This document shows positions 37,385 to 47,309 of a stretch of DNA of 54,754 nucleotides, piece by piece; position 1 is the stretch's first letter; every line of letters starts with the position of its first letter. The notes below the pieces were generated by a model, which saw only the letters and a program-made list of their open reading frames with translations, was not told the origin of the DNA and did no database searches. The stretch covers positions 1-54,754 of the forward strand of contig JANXWL010000133.1 in NCBI GenBank assembly GCA_025351225.1, in the 5' to 3' direction. This stretch comes from Methylotenera sp. Its GTDB lineage: Bacteria; Pseudomonadota; Gammaproteobacteria; Burkholderiales; Methylophilaceae. Made by a program: the position numbers and the translations under genes.

Positions 37385-38515
37385 ATGCAATATACCGCAA
37401 ACTACAGCCCGTTTTCTGCGGATAACGCCATAGCGGATATTGCTGCTTGGCAAGCCTTGTTGCCACAATCCTTAGAGGCCTATCACTATCATTTAGCTTT
37501 TGCACAAGCCAATATTGAAGGCTTTAAAACGGGCTATATCACGGTTTTTTCAGAAGTAAAAGCCGTATTTATCGCGCCTGTTTTTGTAATGGATTATGCG
37601 CTAGACACCACCGTGCAAGGCAAGCTAAAAACCTACACCAGCAAGCTACGTAGTTTGTTTCCAAAGCTCATGTCATTGCGCTTGTTGTGCGTGGGTTCTG
37701 CGGTAACAGATTCTGCGCAGATTGGTTTTAATAGCCAGTTAAATGCTGAAATTATTCATACACTTAATCAAAAACTAGAGGAAATCGCCTCAATAGAAAA
37801 AGCCAGTATCATTGCGTTTAAAGATGTGACGGAAGCCGATTTAGCGCAGCTAAAGTCGCCCTTGCAAGGTTTTGGTTTTAGTGTAATTGATAATATGCCT
37901 GTGGCTAAAAATACAGTTCACTTCAATAGTTTAGATGATTATTTAGCTAGTGTTAGTTACAGTACACGCAAAGGTTTGCGCCGCAAAATGAAAAGCTTTT
38001 CGCAATTGCGAATTGAAGAACACAATGGCATGCCACCTCAACTGGCCGAAATTGTTCAGCTATACTTAAATTGTTATGAAAAAAGTGAGCTAAAATTTGA
38101 AAAACTCACGCAAGATTTTTTTGAAAATCTGGCTAAACTTATGCCGAATAACTGCCGATTTGTATTGTATTATTTTGGTGAAAAAAATGAAGAAAAACTG
38201 ATAGGATTCAATTGCTTACTATATGGGAATGGCGTATTAATGGATAAATATATCGGCCTTGACTATGCCAAAAGTTTAGATGTAAATTTGTATAGTTTAA
38301 GTTGGCTGCATAACATTAGTATGTGTATCCGCGATGGTTTTCACACTTTTCAAAGTGGGCAAGCAGCGTATGAAACCAAGTTGAGCTTAGGAGCGACTTT
38401 AGAGCAAACTTATATCGTGTTTAAACATCGCAATCGTTTGATTAATCCATTCTTAAAGCTTGCCTCACGCGTACTAGCGTATGGCAATTTTGATGCTGCT
38501 TTAAAAACACCATAA
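37385..38515 (+). CDS. GNAT-fold protein, FemAB/BioF2-like
   Basis: SLDDYLAS...TRKGLRRK, KYIGLDY and GQAAYETKLSLGA, consistent with the tandem-GNAT family. Confidence 0.7.
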   Translation: MQYTANYSPFSADNAIADIAAWQALLPQSLEAYHYHLAFAQANIEGFKTGYITVFSEVKAVFIAPVFVMDYALDTTVQGKLKTYTSKLRSLFPKLMSLRLLCVGSAVTDSAQIGFNSQLNAEIIHTLNQKLEEIASIEKASIIAFKDVTEADLAQLKSPLQGFGFSVIDNMPVAKNTVHFNSLDDYLASVSYSTRKGLRRKMKSFSQLRIEEHNGMPPQLAEIVQLYLNCYEKSELKFEKLTQDFFENLAKLMPNNCRFVLYYFGEKNEEKLIGFNCLLYGNGVLMDKYIGLDYAKSLDVNLYSLSWLHNISMCIRDGFHTFQSGQAAYETKLSLGATLEQTYIVFKHRNRLINPFLKLASRVLAYGNFDAALKTP

Positions 38516-38527
38516 AAGAATAAATAT

Positions 38528-38935
38528 ATGCAGATTAAAAAGTTATTAAGCCCACAAGTGGTTGTTTTAATAGCACTATTATTGCTGTTTGATACCTTTG
38601 CGCAGCTGGCATTTAAAATCGCGGTTACGCAATTAGGCGAGTTTCCTACTCAAAATATCAGGGTGATTTGGCATTATTGCTTGCAACTTGCAACTAATCT
38701 CTATGTGATTGGTGGCGTGTTGGCGCTCATATTGGCGCTGTTTACATGGCTAACACTTATTTCAAAGGTGGATTTAAGTTTTGCCCACCCCATGACATCG
38801 CTGGCTTATGCGACTATTCCGCTTGCGGGTACATTTTTTCTACACGAGCCGTTACATTGGCCACAAATGGTAGGAATTGCGTTGATTGTGATTGGCGTTA
38901 TTGTTATTTCAGACGACGAAACCACACATAAATAA
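38528..38935 (+). CDS. Small 4-TM EamA/SMR protein (ArnE/ArnF-like)
   Basis: AQLAFK, VDLSFAHPMTSLAY, FLHEPL...GIALIVIGV. Confidence 0.82.
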   Translation: MQIKKLLSPQVVVLIALLLLFDTFAQLAFKIAVTQLGEFPTQNIRVIWHYCLQLATNLYVIGGVLALILALFTWLTLISKVDLSFAHPMTSLAYATIPLAGTFFLHEPLHWPQMVGIALIVIGVIVISDDETTHK

Positions 38936-38987
38936 ATCCAAGTCACCCAAAGGACTAAAACTATGCTCTTAAAACTAAGGTCTTAAA

Positions 38988-39803
38988 CTAAGACCCAGAA
39001 ATAAAGCTTAGTTTATTCAAAACTGGTAACTTGCTTAAAAGCTTGATGATTGGTGCAGTTAACCGTTCTAATAAGTATTGCGCTCTAGCAACATACGGTG
39101 TGTAAAACCCCCAGCCAAACGCCATTAAGCTTAAAAATGCACCGCCTACAAATACGTCGCTGCCCCAATGTGCGCCAGCAATAAGCCTTGGTAGCACGTA
39201 CAAAATCGTCAGCAGCCACACAAAAAACAAAGCCTTGCCGCGTGCAAAATACAGCAGCATGGCCGTCCAAATAAATAAAACTGATGCATGATCTCCAGGA
39301 AAGCATTGTTCCGAACTATCTTTTAGCGCCCATTGTTGCTCCCAGCCTGGGAATAGCGTGGTGAGGCGCACTGCGCCATCGACTACTAAAGACGGGCTTG
39401 CGCGCTTCCATTGTAATAGTTTGAGTACTTGATCAAGCAAGGCAATGCGAATTAACAGCATGAGCAATAGTAGAGCTAAAAACGCATACAGCGCGCGTCT
39501 CACTTGTGCACCACTAAATATGAAGTCACCTTTTATAATTGTGACTAGCATGACTAAGCCGATGGCAGCATCAACTGGGCGCATATTGCCAATGGCCCAA
39601 ATCGTCGCCCAAATAGGGTGGTTGGCTAGCGGTGCATTAAGAAAGTGAAATAACCAGCCATCAAACGCATCCCACAACTGTCGTGTAGGCTGCCACAGCC
39701 AGCTAGCCATTAATAGAAACGCAATCACATTGCAAATAATCAACTTGCGCCAGCACCAGCGTGCTTGGGCTAATTGAGAGCTTTCGAAGGTGTTTGTTTT
39801 CAT
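38988..39803 (-). CDS. PAP2-family phosphatase/phosphotransferase, LpxT-like
   Basis: KRASPS, FPGDH and PRLIAGAHWGSD, the PAP2 motif variants I recall from LpxT/YeiU. Confidence 0.78.
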   Translation of the reverse strand: MKTNTFESSQLAQARWCWRKLIICNVIAFLLMASWLWQPTRQLWDAFDGWLFHFLNAPLANHPIWATIWAIGNMRPVDAAIGLVMLVTIIKGDFIFSGAQVRRALYAFLALLLLMLLIRIALLDQVLKLLQWKRASPSLVVDGAVRLTTLFPGWEQQWALKDSSEQCFPGDHASVLFIWTAMLLYFARGKALFFVWLLTILYVLPRLIAGAHWGSDVFVGGAFLSLMAFGWGFYTPYVARAQYLLERLTAPIIKLLSKLPVLNKLSFISGS

Positions 39804-39809
39804 TCTGTA

Positions 39810-40769
39810 CTAGCTTTCAATATTTTTCATTGGCCGTTTTTCAATAGTAGGGTGGCGACCTTTTAAATAGGTGACAAGGCCTGGCAGGCTAACAATAATC
39901 AGTGTAAGACCATATAGCAATGACATCATCAGCACGGCGGTTTTGTCGGCGCCGATGAGCGAAAACAAGCCTACCAGCGCGCCTTCGCGAACGCCCCAGC
40001 CCGCGACTGATATTGGCACAACAGTGAGTACCAGTGCGGGAGGCACTAATGCGAAATAAGTCATTAAGCTGTATTCTAAGCCTAGCGCCCAACCTGTGGC
40101 AAAAAAGCCGAGTAGCGCCAAAAAAGGAATCAGCAGTGAGGCGGTGACCAGCAAAAAACGCTGTGAGAATAAGGCTTGGTGTAATCTCTCAGCAATGATG
40201 CTGATAATAGCGAGCTTAGGATAGCGACTAAGCCAAGTGAAGTATTTTATAAAAAAGATACTAAAAAAGCCCAGTGCGCCTATGGAGATGATTAGTAAAA
40301 TAGGGCGATGTACTTGTTTTGGCAATAAGTCTGGGTTCAATAAATAAGCAAGCAAGGTCAGCGACATGAGCGCACCAAGACCGATAATGCGATCGACCAT
40401 GACGCCGTACAGTGCATCTCGCTTACGAAAGCCACGGCTAGCGACATCGAGCATACGCACAGCATCGCCACCGATACTGGTTGGCAGGCCTTGATTAAAA
40501 AACATGCCTTTAAAATAACTACGCCAATAAAACGCAAAGTTTTGCCCAAAATGTAAATTTTGCATAATCATTTGCCAGCGATAAGCCGAAACGGCAGTAC
40601 TGCCAAATTGCAGCATTAGGGCGGCTGCCAGGTAATCTAAGCGTGTTTTCTTTAGCACTTGTAACACTTGCGCGGCGTTGATAGAACGCGTAATTAGCGT
40701 AAGAATAAATACAGTAGCTACAACGCGCAACAAAAACTTGATTGAGTTATTAGAGATAATAGAATGCAT
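39810..40769 (-). CDS. Lysylphosphatidylglycerol-synthase TM / flippase-like protein (UPF0104)
   Basis: RWQMI, FFNQGLPTSIGGDAVR and PISVAGWGVRE. Confidence 0.82.
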   Translation of the reverse strand: MHSIISNNSIKFLLRVVATVFILTLITRSINAAQVLQVLKKTRLDYLAAALMLQFGSTAVSAYRWQMIMQNLHFGQNFAFYWRSYFKGMFFNQGLPTSIGGDAVRMLDVASRGFRKRDALYGVMVDRIIGLGALMSLTLLAYLLNPDLLPKQVHRPILLIISIGALGFFSIFFIKYFTWLSRYPKLAIISIIAERLHQALFSQRFLLVTASLLIPFLALLGFFATGWALGLEYSLMTYFALVPPALVLTVVPISVAGWGVREGALVGLFSLIGADKTAVLMMSLLYGLTLIIVSLPGLVTYLKGRHPTIEKRPMKNIES

Positions 40770-40774
40770 TTTAC

Positions 40775-42769
40775 TTAATCGCTGCCATTATCATCGGTTG
40801 GTAGTTGGCCTGATTTACCAACACTTGGTTTACCAATATAATTGCCGACCAATCGGTAGTAATAAGTGCCCGTTTGCTTGCCATTTTTCCATGTGCTAAT
40901 GGTTTTAATTTCGCCGATTGGTGTTGAGCGCGATAATACCATTACACTATTGAGTTCATCCATTTTTTCGCCAACTAACAACATGGTTTTAGCATTTTGT
41001 TGCGCGGAGGGAAACCAAAACTCATACATCAAGGCGCCCACACCGAATAAATGGCCGCTAGCTGTATCTAATGCGGGTTGGCGCGTAGTTTTAGTACCCG
41101 AATTGGCAATGACTTTGTTACGATAAAACGCCAAACCGCTGGCAATTTTGTTTCTATCCATGGCCACGACTAATATGTTCTCGTCTCTCTCTTTTTCTAG
41201 TTGCGTCACAAGGCTTTCAATTTCTGTTGCAAAGCCTGCATAACCCATTAAATGAGTGTTTTGCGGATATTTTGTCAGTGGTAAGCCAAGGCTTAAATAG
41301 TGTAAACCTGCGCCGTAAATCAGCATTAAAATCATCACAGTAACTGGCCATGCACGGGCGCTCCAAGTCAATAATTTAGGTGAATTTACATCCACTTTTT
41401 GCGGGCTTGTATTTTGTGAAGCCAGCAATGCTAAAAATGGAATTAAGCCGAGCCAGCACGGGCCTGTCCAGTTGAGTTTGCTAGCTCTAAATAAGCTTAA
41501 GCTGGCAAAAACAGCAATAGGGAATAGTGTCAACCAAGCTAATACAAAATAGCTGCGGTTTAGGTTGTTAGCCGCATCAATACTGGTTTGCAGACGTGCG
41601 AGAATTATTTTTTTGTACTTAAGCACGGCAATAAATGACATCACGCCAATAGGTGTAATAAAAATCAGCACGTTGCTGATAAAGCGTGGCAAGGAAAAAT
41701 GATTGCTGCTAGAAACCCTACCTTCGCTTTGAAAAGCAAACGACGCCCATGCATGTTGCATATTCCAAATTATCACGGGCGAAAATAAAATGCAGGTAAT
41801 CAGTAGCGCAAAATAGGGCTCTCGCCGCATGAGCCATTTTCTGGAATCCTTATCTATTAGCAAAAATAGCACCATTGCGCCGCCAAGCAGGGCAATGGTG
41901 TATTTAGAAATCATACCCAAACCAAGCGCGATACCAACGCCAAACCATGCTTTTTTATTGCCTTTAACTATCGCTTGGTGAAAGTAATAAATAGCTGCCG
42001 CCCAACAGGCAGTAAGCGGCGCATCGGGGCTCATAAACCAGCCAAATGAGAAGTAGGCAGGCAATACTGCAAGCAGCACCAGCGCCCAGTACGCGCTGGC
42101 TTCATTGAGTATTTCGCGTGTGAGTTTAAACACATAACGCGCGGTGATAAACCAGCATAAAAATGCGCCAATGCGCACAGCAAACTCGTTATCACCCAAT
42201 ACAAAAGTAAACGCTTTGATAATCCACGCCACCATCAGTGGATGGTCTAGGTAGCCAATATCCAAGTGCTGCGCATAATTCCAATAGTATGCCTCCTCAA
42301 AAATCAGCTCGGGCGCGCCTAAATAAAACAATTTAAGCAGCGTGAGATAAATCAATACCGCGATGCACCAATACTTCCATTTAGTGTCAACGTTTGTACC
42401 AATAAATTGAATGTATTGATAACCAAAAACAAGCGTTGCAGCAGAAAATAGCGCACAAATACACATGGCGGCAAGTACTGGCATTATCGTTACGAGGGAT
42501 GCTAGCAAGCCACCCCGCAGCAACAGTGTGAGCAAAGCGATTAGTAGAAAGGTGAGTAGTTGTGTTGGTTTAATTTTTAGCGCTATTAAACCAGCGATAG
42601 CAGCGCATAAAAAGCTTGTCAAATGTGCCGAAGCAAGAGAGTGCGCTTGTTGATTTAAAACATAAAATAACACAACATCAATTGCAGCCACCAATAAGCT
42701 TATTATTAATAATTGCGAGCGATTAGCAGATGTGAGGAAATCTGCTTTAAATAGACTATTCAGATTCAT
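40775..42769 (-). CDS. ArnT/PMT-like GT-C glycosyltransferase with extra N-terminal membrane (GtrA-like) segment
   Basis: EEAYYW, YLDHP, PDAPL, GMISKY and PVIIWN motifs, many TM helices. Confidence 0.82.
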   Translation of the reverse strand: MNLNSLFKADFLTSANRSQLLIISLLVAAIDVVLFYVLNQQAHSLASAHLTSFLCAAIAGLIALKIKPTQLLTFLLIALLTLLLRGGLLASLVTIMPVLAAMCICALFSAATLVFGYQYIQFIGTNVDTKWKYWCIAVLIYLTLLKLFYLGAPELIFEEAYYWNYAQHLDIGYLDHPLMVAWIIKAFTFVLGDNEFAVRIGAFLCWFITARYVFKLTREILNEASAYWALVLLAVLPAYFSFGWFMSPDAPLTACWAAAIYYFHQAIVKGNKKAWFGVGIALGLGMISKYTIALLGGAMVLFLLIDKDSRKWLMRREPYFALLITCILFSPVIIWNMQHAWASFAFQSEGRVSSSNHFSLPRFISNVLIFITPIGVMSFIAVLKYKKIILARLQTSIDAANNLNRSYFVLAWLTLFPIAVFASLSLFRASKLNWTGPCWLGLIPFLALLASQNTSPQKVDVNSPKLLTWSARAWPVTVMILMLIYGAGLHYLSLGLPLTKYPQNTHLMGYAGFATEIESLVTQLEKERDENILVVAMDRNKIASGLAFYRNKVIANSGTKTTRQPALDTASGHLFGVGALMYEFWFPSAQQNAKTMLLVGEKMDELNSVMVLSRSTPIGEIKTISTWKNGKQTGTYYYRLVGNYIGKPSVGKSGQLPTDDNGSD

Positions 42770-44025
42770 TATTTAGCTTTTAAACTAGACGTAGGTTGTT
42801 TTTTAGCTAAAGCTTCACGCAATTGGCTTAACACGGCTTCTGGCTTAATTACCTGCAAGCACAAATTGTCGCTACACGGTGTTTTGCGGTGATTGGCCGC
42901 GCTTACGCAGGGCGAGCAGGCTAAGCCTGCGTAAATTGGCGTGCTGTTGCCAAGCGAGCCATATAACAACGGGGTTTCTGGGCCAAACAGCACAAAGGTG
43001 CGCAAATCGGTCACCGATGAGAAATGCCCTGGGCCAGAGTCATTGGTAAGCATGAGATCGGCCATTTGATACAGTGCTGGCAATTCTTCTAGCGTTTGCT
43101 TGCCCGCAAAATTTATGCAGCGCTCGTGTGCCACTTGTTTTTTTAGGTTTTCAGCTTGATCACGCTCAGCAGGCGCGCCAGTAATCAGTACCAATAACTC
43201 TTCGCTATTCGCTAGCAAATCACGCATCACAGTTACAAAATGCTCGGGCATCCAGCGCCGTTGCGGCAATAAATCACTGGCATTTGGATTAATAAGCACA
43301 ACGCGGTGACGTGCCGCATCATAACTTGGGAACTCTTCACGAATGCGGTCACGCATGGCCATAACCACACTTTCAACTACTGGCGCACGTGCCAGCTTAA
43401 TTTCGCTATCGTCGATAATAGTTTTGGAGTAGGGACGCTCGGCTTTGTTGGCAAGCGCCGCATTGACCAACGCGATAAAGTTTTTGGCAATGTGCAAGGT
43501 TGGATTATAGGCCACACGGTGCGTCAGCATGGCGCCGCGATACAAACCCTCGTTATAAAACGCATGAAATCCAACGCGCTTAACCGCGCCACAAAGCCCA
43601 GTAAGTAAGGCGCTGTAGCGCGAAAAAAGCTCTAAATCAATCACTGTATCAATCTTGTTTTTGCGTGTCCACAGCAAAAAACGCAGGCTATCGATCGCAA
43701 GATTCCACAAGTTATTTTCGCGAATCGTGAACACATTGGCAACTGGCACGGTATTTAGCAAGCGCAAGCTGGCCGCGTTACCTTTAAAAATGACAAAAAA
43801 TAACTCTGCGCTGGCAGCTGTTTGCATTTTACGCATGGCAGGGTCGACCAAAATTGCGCTACCCATTTCAGAAAGCTCAATAAACAAAACCTTGCGTGGT
43901 GTGAGTGAGTTTTGCTTAGAAGCGTAGCTAGAAAAAAGGCTGGCAAGCTTAACAAACGGTGTCGCCAATGCGCACAAGGGAACGCCTGCAAAGTAATCCA
44001 CTTTGCGCATAAGGTCTATATTCAT
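42769..44025 (-). CDS. Glycosyltransferase family 9 (heptosyltransferase-like)
   Basis: LSEMGS, INPNAS...RRW, TNDSGPGH, LFGP and CSPC. Confidence 0.85.
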   Translation of the reverse strand: MNIDLMRKVDYFAGVPLCALATPFVKLASLFSSYASKQNSLTPRKVLFIELSEMGSAILVDPAMRKMQTAASAELFFVIFKGNAASLRLLNTVPVANVFTIRENNLWNLAIDSLRFLLWTRKNKIDTVIDLELFSRYSALLTGLCGAVKRVGFHAFYNEGLYRGAMLTHRVAYNPTLHIAKNFIALVNAALANKAERPYSKTIIDDSEIKLARAPVVESVVMAMRDRIREEFPSYDAARHRVVLINPNASDLLPQRRWMPEHFVTVMRDLLANSEELLVLITGAPAERDQAENLKKQVAHERCINFAGKQTLEELPALYQMADLMLTNDSGPGHFSSVTDLRTFVLFGPETPLLYGSLGNSTPIYAGLACSPCVSAANHRKTPCSDNLCLQVIKPEAVLSQLREALAKKQPTSSLKAK

Positions 44026-44239
44026 ATGGTCGTTTTAGCTTTAGTTTTTAGTAAGGCTATAGCAAAGGGTGGGTTTAAATACTGTAACTTTAAAACAATA
44101 ATTTTTAAATTGGTTGTTTTAAAAATCTTGGCAACGATTATAACACCTAGACTTTAATCTGGCCTTTAAGCGACATTTTGTTTTTATTGCCAAGTTGGCA
44201 AAGCGCCAAGTTTGCCTAATACACGTTACTTATTAAACT

Positions 44240-44569
44240 TTACTTATTACGTTCAGGCCAAACTTGCTCTAACGCCTTTTCTTTTGCTTCTAGGTCAGCT
44301 TTGGCTTTCTCTAGTCTTGCATTGGTGACTGTTTGATTATCTTGCAACTCTTTTAAACGTGCTTGCTCATCTGTTACGCGCTTTTCTTGTGCGCTAATCT
44401 TTTGCATGTTGTCGGCAGCGTCTGATTTTGCTTGGTTGTATTTATCTCGTGCGGCTGAGGCGGCGCGCTGCTCTACGCCAATATCGCGCGCCAATGCAGT
44501 GCTAGAAATAGCGACACTTAAGGCAATAAGTAATAATGGGATAAACTGCTTGAATGATTGCTGAGACAT
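44240..44569 (-). CDS. Exported coiled-coil hypothetical protein
   Basis: Signal peptide ending ALA, then an A/E/K/Q-rich helix. Confidence 0.7.
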   Translation of the reverse strand: MSQQSFKQFIPLLLIALSVAISSTALARDIGVEQRAASAARDKYNQAKSDAADNMQKISAQEKRVTDEQARLKELQDNQTVTNARLEKAKADLEAKEKALEQVWPERNK

Positions 44570-44657
44570 GCTGCGAATTCCTTATAAATGATTGACTCTT
44601 GTCGCTATAATTGTAGAGCATTTTTAACCATTAACAATAGATTTTAAGAGTCTTTAC

Positions 44658-44867
44658 ATGCTGCCCGATGACTTGCAACGCCTACTAAGCACCGCCATGC
44701 CCTACGGCAAATATAAAGGCCGTTTAATTGCTGATTTGCCTGGCCAATACCTTAATTGGTTTGCGCGCGAGGGCTTCCCAAAAGGTGAAATAGGGCGCTT
44801 ATTACAATTGATGCAAGAAATTGATCATAACGGATTATCTGATTTGCTAACGCCTTTGCGTAAGTAG
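44658..44867 (+). CDS. DUF3820 family protein
   Basis: MPYGKYKGRLIADLP..YLNWF..GFPKG motif. Confidence 0.82.
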   Translation: MLPDDLQRLLSTAMPYGKYKGRLIADLPGQYLNWFAREGFPKGEIGRLLQLMQEIDHNGLSDLLTPLRK

Positions 44868-44883
44868 GTTTTTATAAGCGCAA

Positions 44884-45636
44884 TTACTTAACGATTGGCC
44901 GAATGCTTGCAAATCCACCATCAATCGACCATATTTGCCCAGTGACCCGCGCCGCTTGGTCAGATAACATCCAAGCCATTAAATGTGCAACATCGGATGC
45001 GTTACCAATACCTGCAATTGGGTATTGCCGTGCGGCCATATCACGGGTTAAATCACTGCTCAGTAAGCTTGCTGCCGCTGGTGTATCTATTAAGCCAGGC
45101 GCAACTGCGTTGACACGAATGCCACCGCTTGCATAGGTGGCTGCAGCACCGCGCACTAAGCCTTCTAGGCCACCTTTTGCTGCGGCAATTGCCTCGTGAT
45201 TAGGCGTGCCAATTTGTGCGGCGGCAGATGATACCAACACGGCCGAACCCGCCAATTTAGCTGTTTTTAAATTACCGACAAACGCTGCCAATGTGTGAAA
45301 GGCGCTAAAAAGATTGGCTGCTAAACAAGCTGTAAAATCTGCCTCTGCCATACGGTGTAATGCCCCCAGGCGAATATTACCCACACAGTGTGTAAACGCA
45401 GTTGGCACTAAGTTGTGCGCATTAGCCACTTCAAAAATATGCTTTGCGCCATCAACTGTTGAACAATCGGTAGTAATTTGCAGATGTTTGCTGCCATAAA
45501 CGTCGTTTAACCTTGTTGCATCGCGGCTGGTTACAATTAACTGGTAACCTTCAGCTGCTAGTATTGTCGCCAATGCTTGGCCTAAACCACCTGCCGCGCC
45601 TGTAATTAATGCAACTTTTCCACTCACTTTTTCCAC
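44884..45636 (-). CDS. Short-chain dehydrogenase/reductase, atypical
   Basis: TGAAGGLG, VSSAA and IRVNAVAPG. The YxxxK position reads IAAAK. Confidence 0.85.
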   Translation of the reverse strand: MEKVSGKVALITGAAGGLGQALATILAAEGYQLIVTSRDATRLNDVYGSKHLQITTDCSTVDGAKHIFEVANAHNLVPTAFTHCVGNIRLGALHRMAEADFTACLAANLFSAFHTLAAFVGNLKTAKLAGSAVLVSSAAAQIGTPNHEAIAAAKGGLEGLVRGAAATYASGGIRVNAVAPGLIDTPAAASLLSSDLTRDMAARQYPIAGIGNASDVAHLMAWMLSDQAARVTGQIWSIDGGFASIRPIVK

Positions 45637-45737
45637 CGTTTGTCTTTAAAATAATAGTTTTAAGAGAGCGCATTAGTTAAAACGTTTCTGCGTATTGGTG
45701 TTCTATTGTAATTAATTTAATAAAAGTAATCGCTGCG

Positions 45738-45977
45738 ATGATAATCACCCCAAAACCAATTCAAATAAACCCTAAAAAATTACTTAAAAGCAAATGGACA
45801 GCAGTCATGCCAACTAACAAAGAAAAACATTTTATGGTGATAAAGTTGATTGCGCCTGAGCAACCAACAATGCCAATCGAATGGGTGGAACTTGAAGCAG
45901 TACACTCAAAACGCACACAAATATTGGCTTGGCGTGATTTAAGCGATACTGCTAACTGGTTGCAAGGCTGGCAATAA
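45738..45977 (+). CDS. TIGR02450 family Trp-rich protein
   Basis: NPKKLLKSKWTAVMP..KEKHF and terminal WLQGW. Confidence 0.82.
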   Translation: MIITPKPIQINPKKLLKSKWTAVMPTNKEKHFMVIKLIAPEQPTMPIEWVELEAVHSKRTQILAWRDLSDTANWLQGWQ

Positions 45978-45979
45978 GC

Positions 45980-46980
45980 ATGAAAATCAAACCACGGATC
46001 GCCATTATTGGGGCAGGCATATCGGGTTTAGCCTGCGCTACAGTCCTTAAAAACGCAGGGTTTAACGTCACCGTGTTTGAAAAAAGTAAAGGCGTTTCAG
46101 GCCGCATAAGTACACGTGTAACAGATGACTGGCAATGTGATCACGGCGCACAATATTTTACTGCCAGCGATGCGCAGTTTACCGCAGAAGTGCAACGCTG
46201 GCAGCAAGCTGGCGTGGCGGCAGAATGGCAACCTAGGCTGCAAGTATTTGATGGTGTTAGTTTTGCTGCAAAAGAGTCAACAGTAAACACAGCAAAAACG
46301 CGCTATGTTGGCGTGCCACGCAATACAGCACCTGCAAAATACTTAGCACAAAGTCTAAATGTGAAGGTGGCAACTACCATCAATAAAATTGAACGCAATG
46401 GTAGTGTTTGGCAATTATTATCAAAAGAGCATGGCAAGTTAACGCCACAATTTGATGCGCTAATATTGGCTATACCTTCACCGCAAGCACAAGCCTTGTT
46501 GCAACAGCCTGCACCAGCATTGGCTGGCGTGGCTGCTAGCGTTATCATGCGCGGCTGTTGGGCATTAATATGTCAGTTTAATTAGCCTTGCCGTTTGATG
46601 GCTTGTTTGTGAACAATCATTTATTAAGCTGGGTGGCGCGCGATAGTGCAAAACCTGGCCGAAATCATCCTGCAAATAACAGAGAAACATGGTTGTTGCA
46701 TGCTAGCAGCGAGTGGAGCGAGGCGCATATTGAGGATGACGCTGAAACCGTTGCCGCATTAATGCTAGCAGCGTTTATTGAATTAGGTGGCGAAATGCCG
46801 CAAACATATACTTCACACAGCTGGCGTTATGCCGAATGTGTGGATTATTTAAAGCTAGGTTGCGTGTGGGATGCGGATTTGCAGTTAGGCCTATGCGGCG
46901 ATTGGCTAAACGGTGGAAAAGTACAAGGCGCTTGGTTAAGTGGGCAATTATTAGCTAAAAAATTACTGCAAATTAATTAA
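45980..46980 (+). pseudogene. Renalase-like NAD/FAD-dependent oxidoreductase split by a frameshift at ~46580
   Basis: ORF 45980-46585 has GAGISG, EKSKGVSGR and DHGAQYF. ORF 46588-46980, in another frame, has WRYA and CGDWLNGGKVQGAWLSG. Confidence 0.8.
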
Positions 46981-47279
46981 TCTTTATTAGTTTGCGCGCG
47001 CGCAATATCGCGCAACATAAAGCCATAAAGGCTCTCCACCTTATCGCGCGCCCAAGGCGTTTTGCGCAAAAACTTCAAGCTCGATTTAATACTTGGGACA
47101 TTGCTAAAGCAATTCACAGGAATGCGTAGCGCCAACTCATCCCAACCAAAATGCGCTACTAAGGCCGTTACTATTGCTTCTAGCGTAATGCCATGTAAGG
47201 GGTTTTTGGGTTGGGCTGGTAGAGTAGTTTGCGGTTCAGTAGTTACTATTGGTGGGGTTAATATTGTCATATTTAGCAT
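46977..47279 (-). CDS. VF530/DUF2132 family small protein
   Basis: NPLHGITLE and [21 protein letters not shown]. Confidence 0.82.
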   Translation of the reverse strand: MLNMTILTPPIVTTEPQTTLPAQPKNPLHGITLEAIVTALVAHFGWDELALRIPVNCFSNVPSIKSSLKFLRKTPWARDKVESLYGFMLRDIARAQTNKD

Positions 47280-47309
47280 TATAAGTGATTGCGCTTAGCC
47301 AAACGCGAA

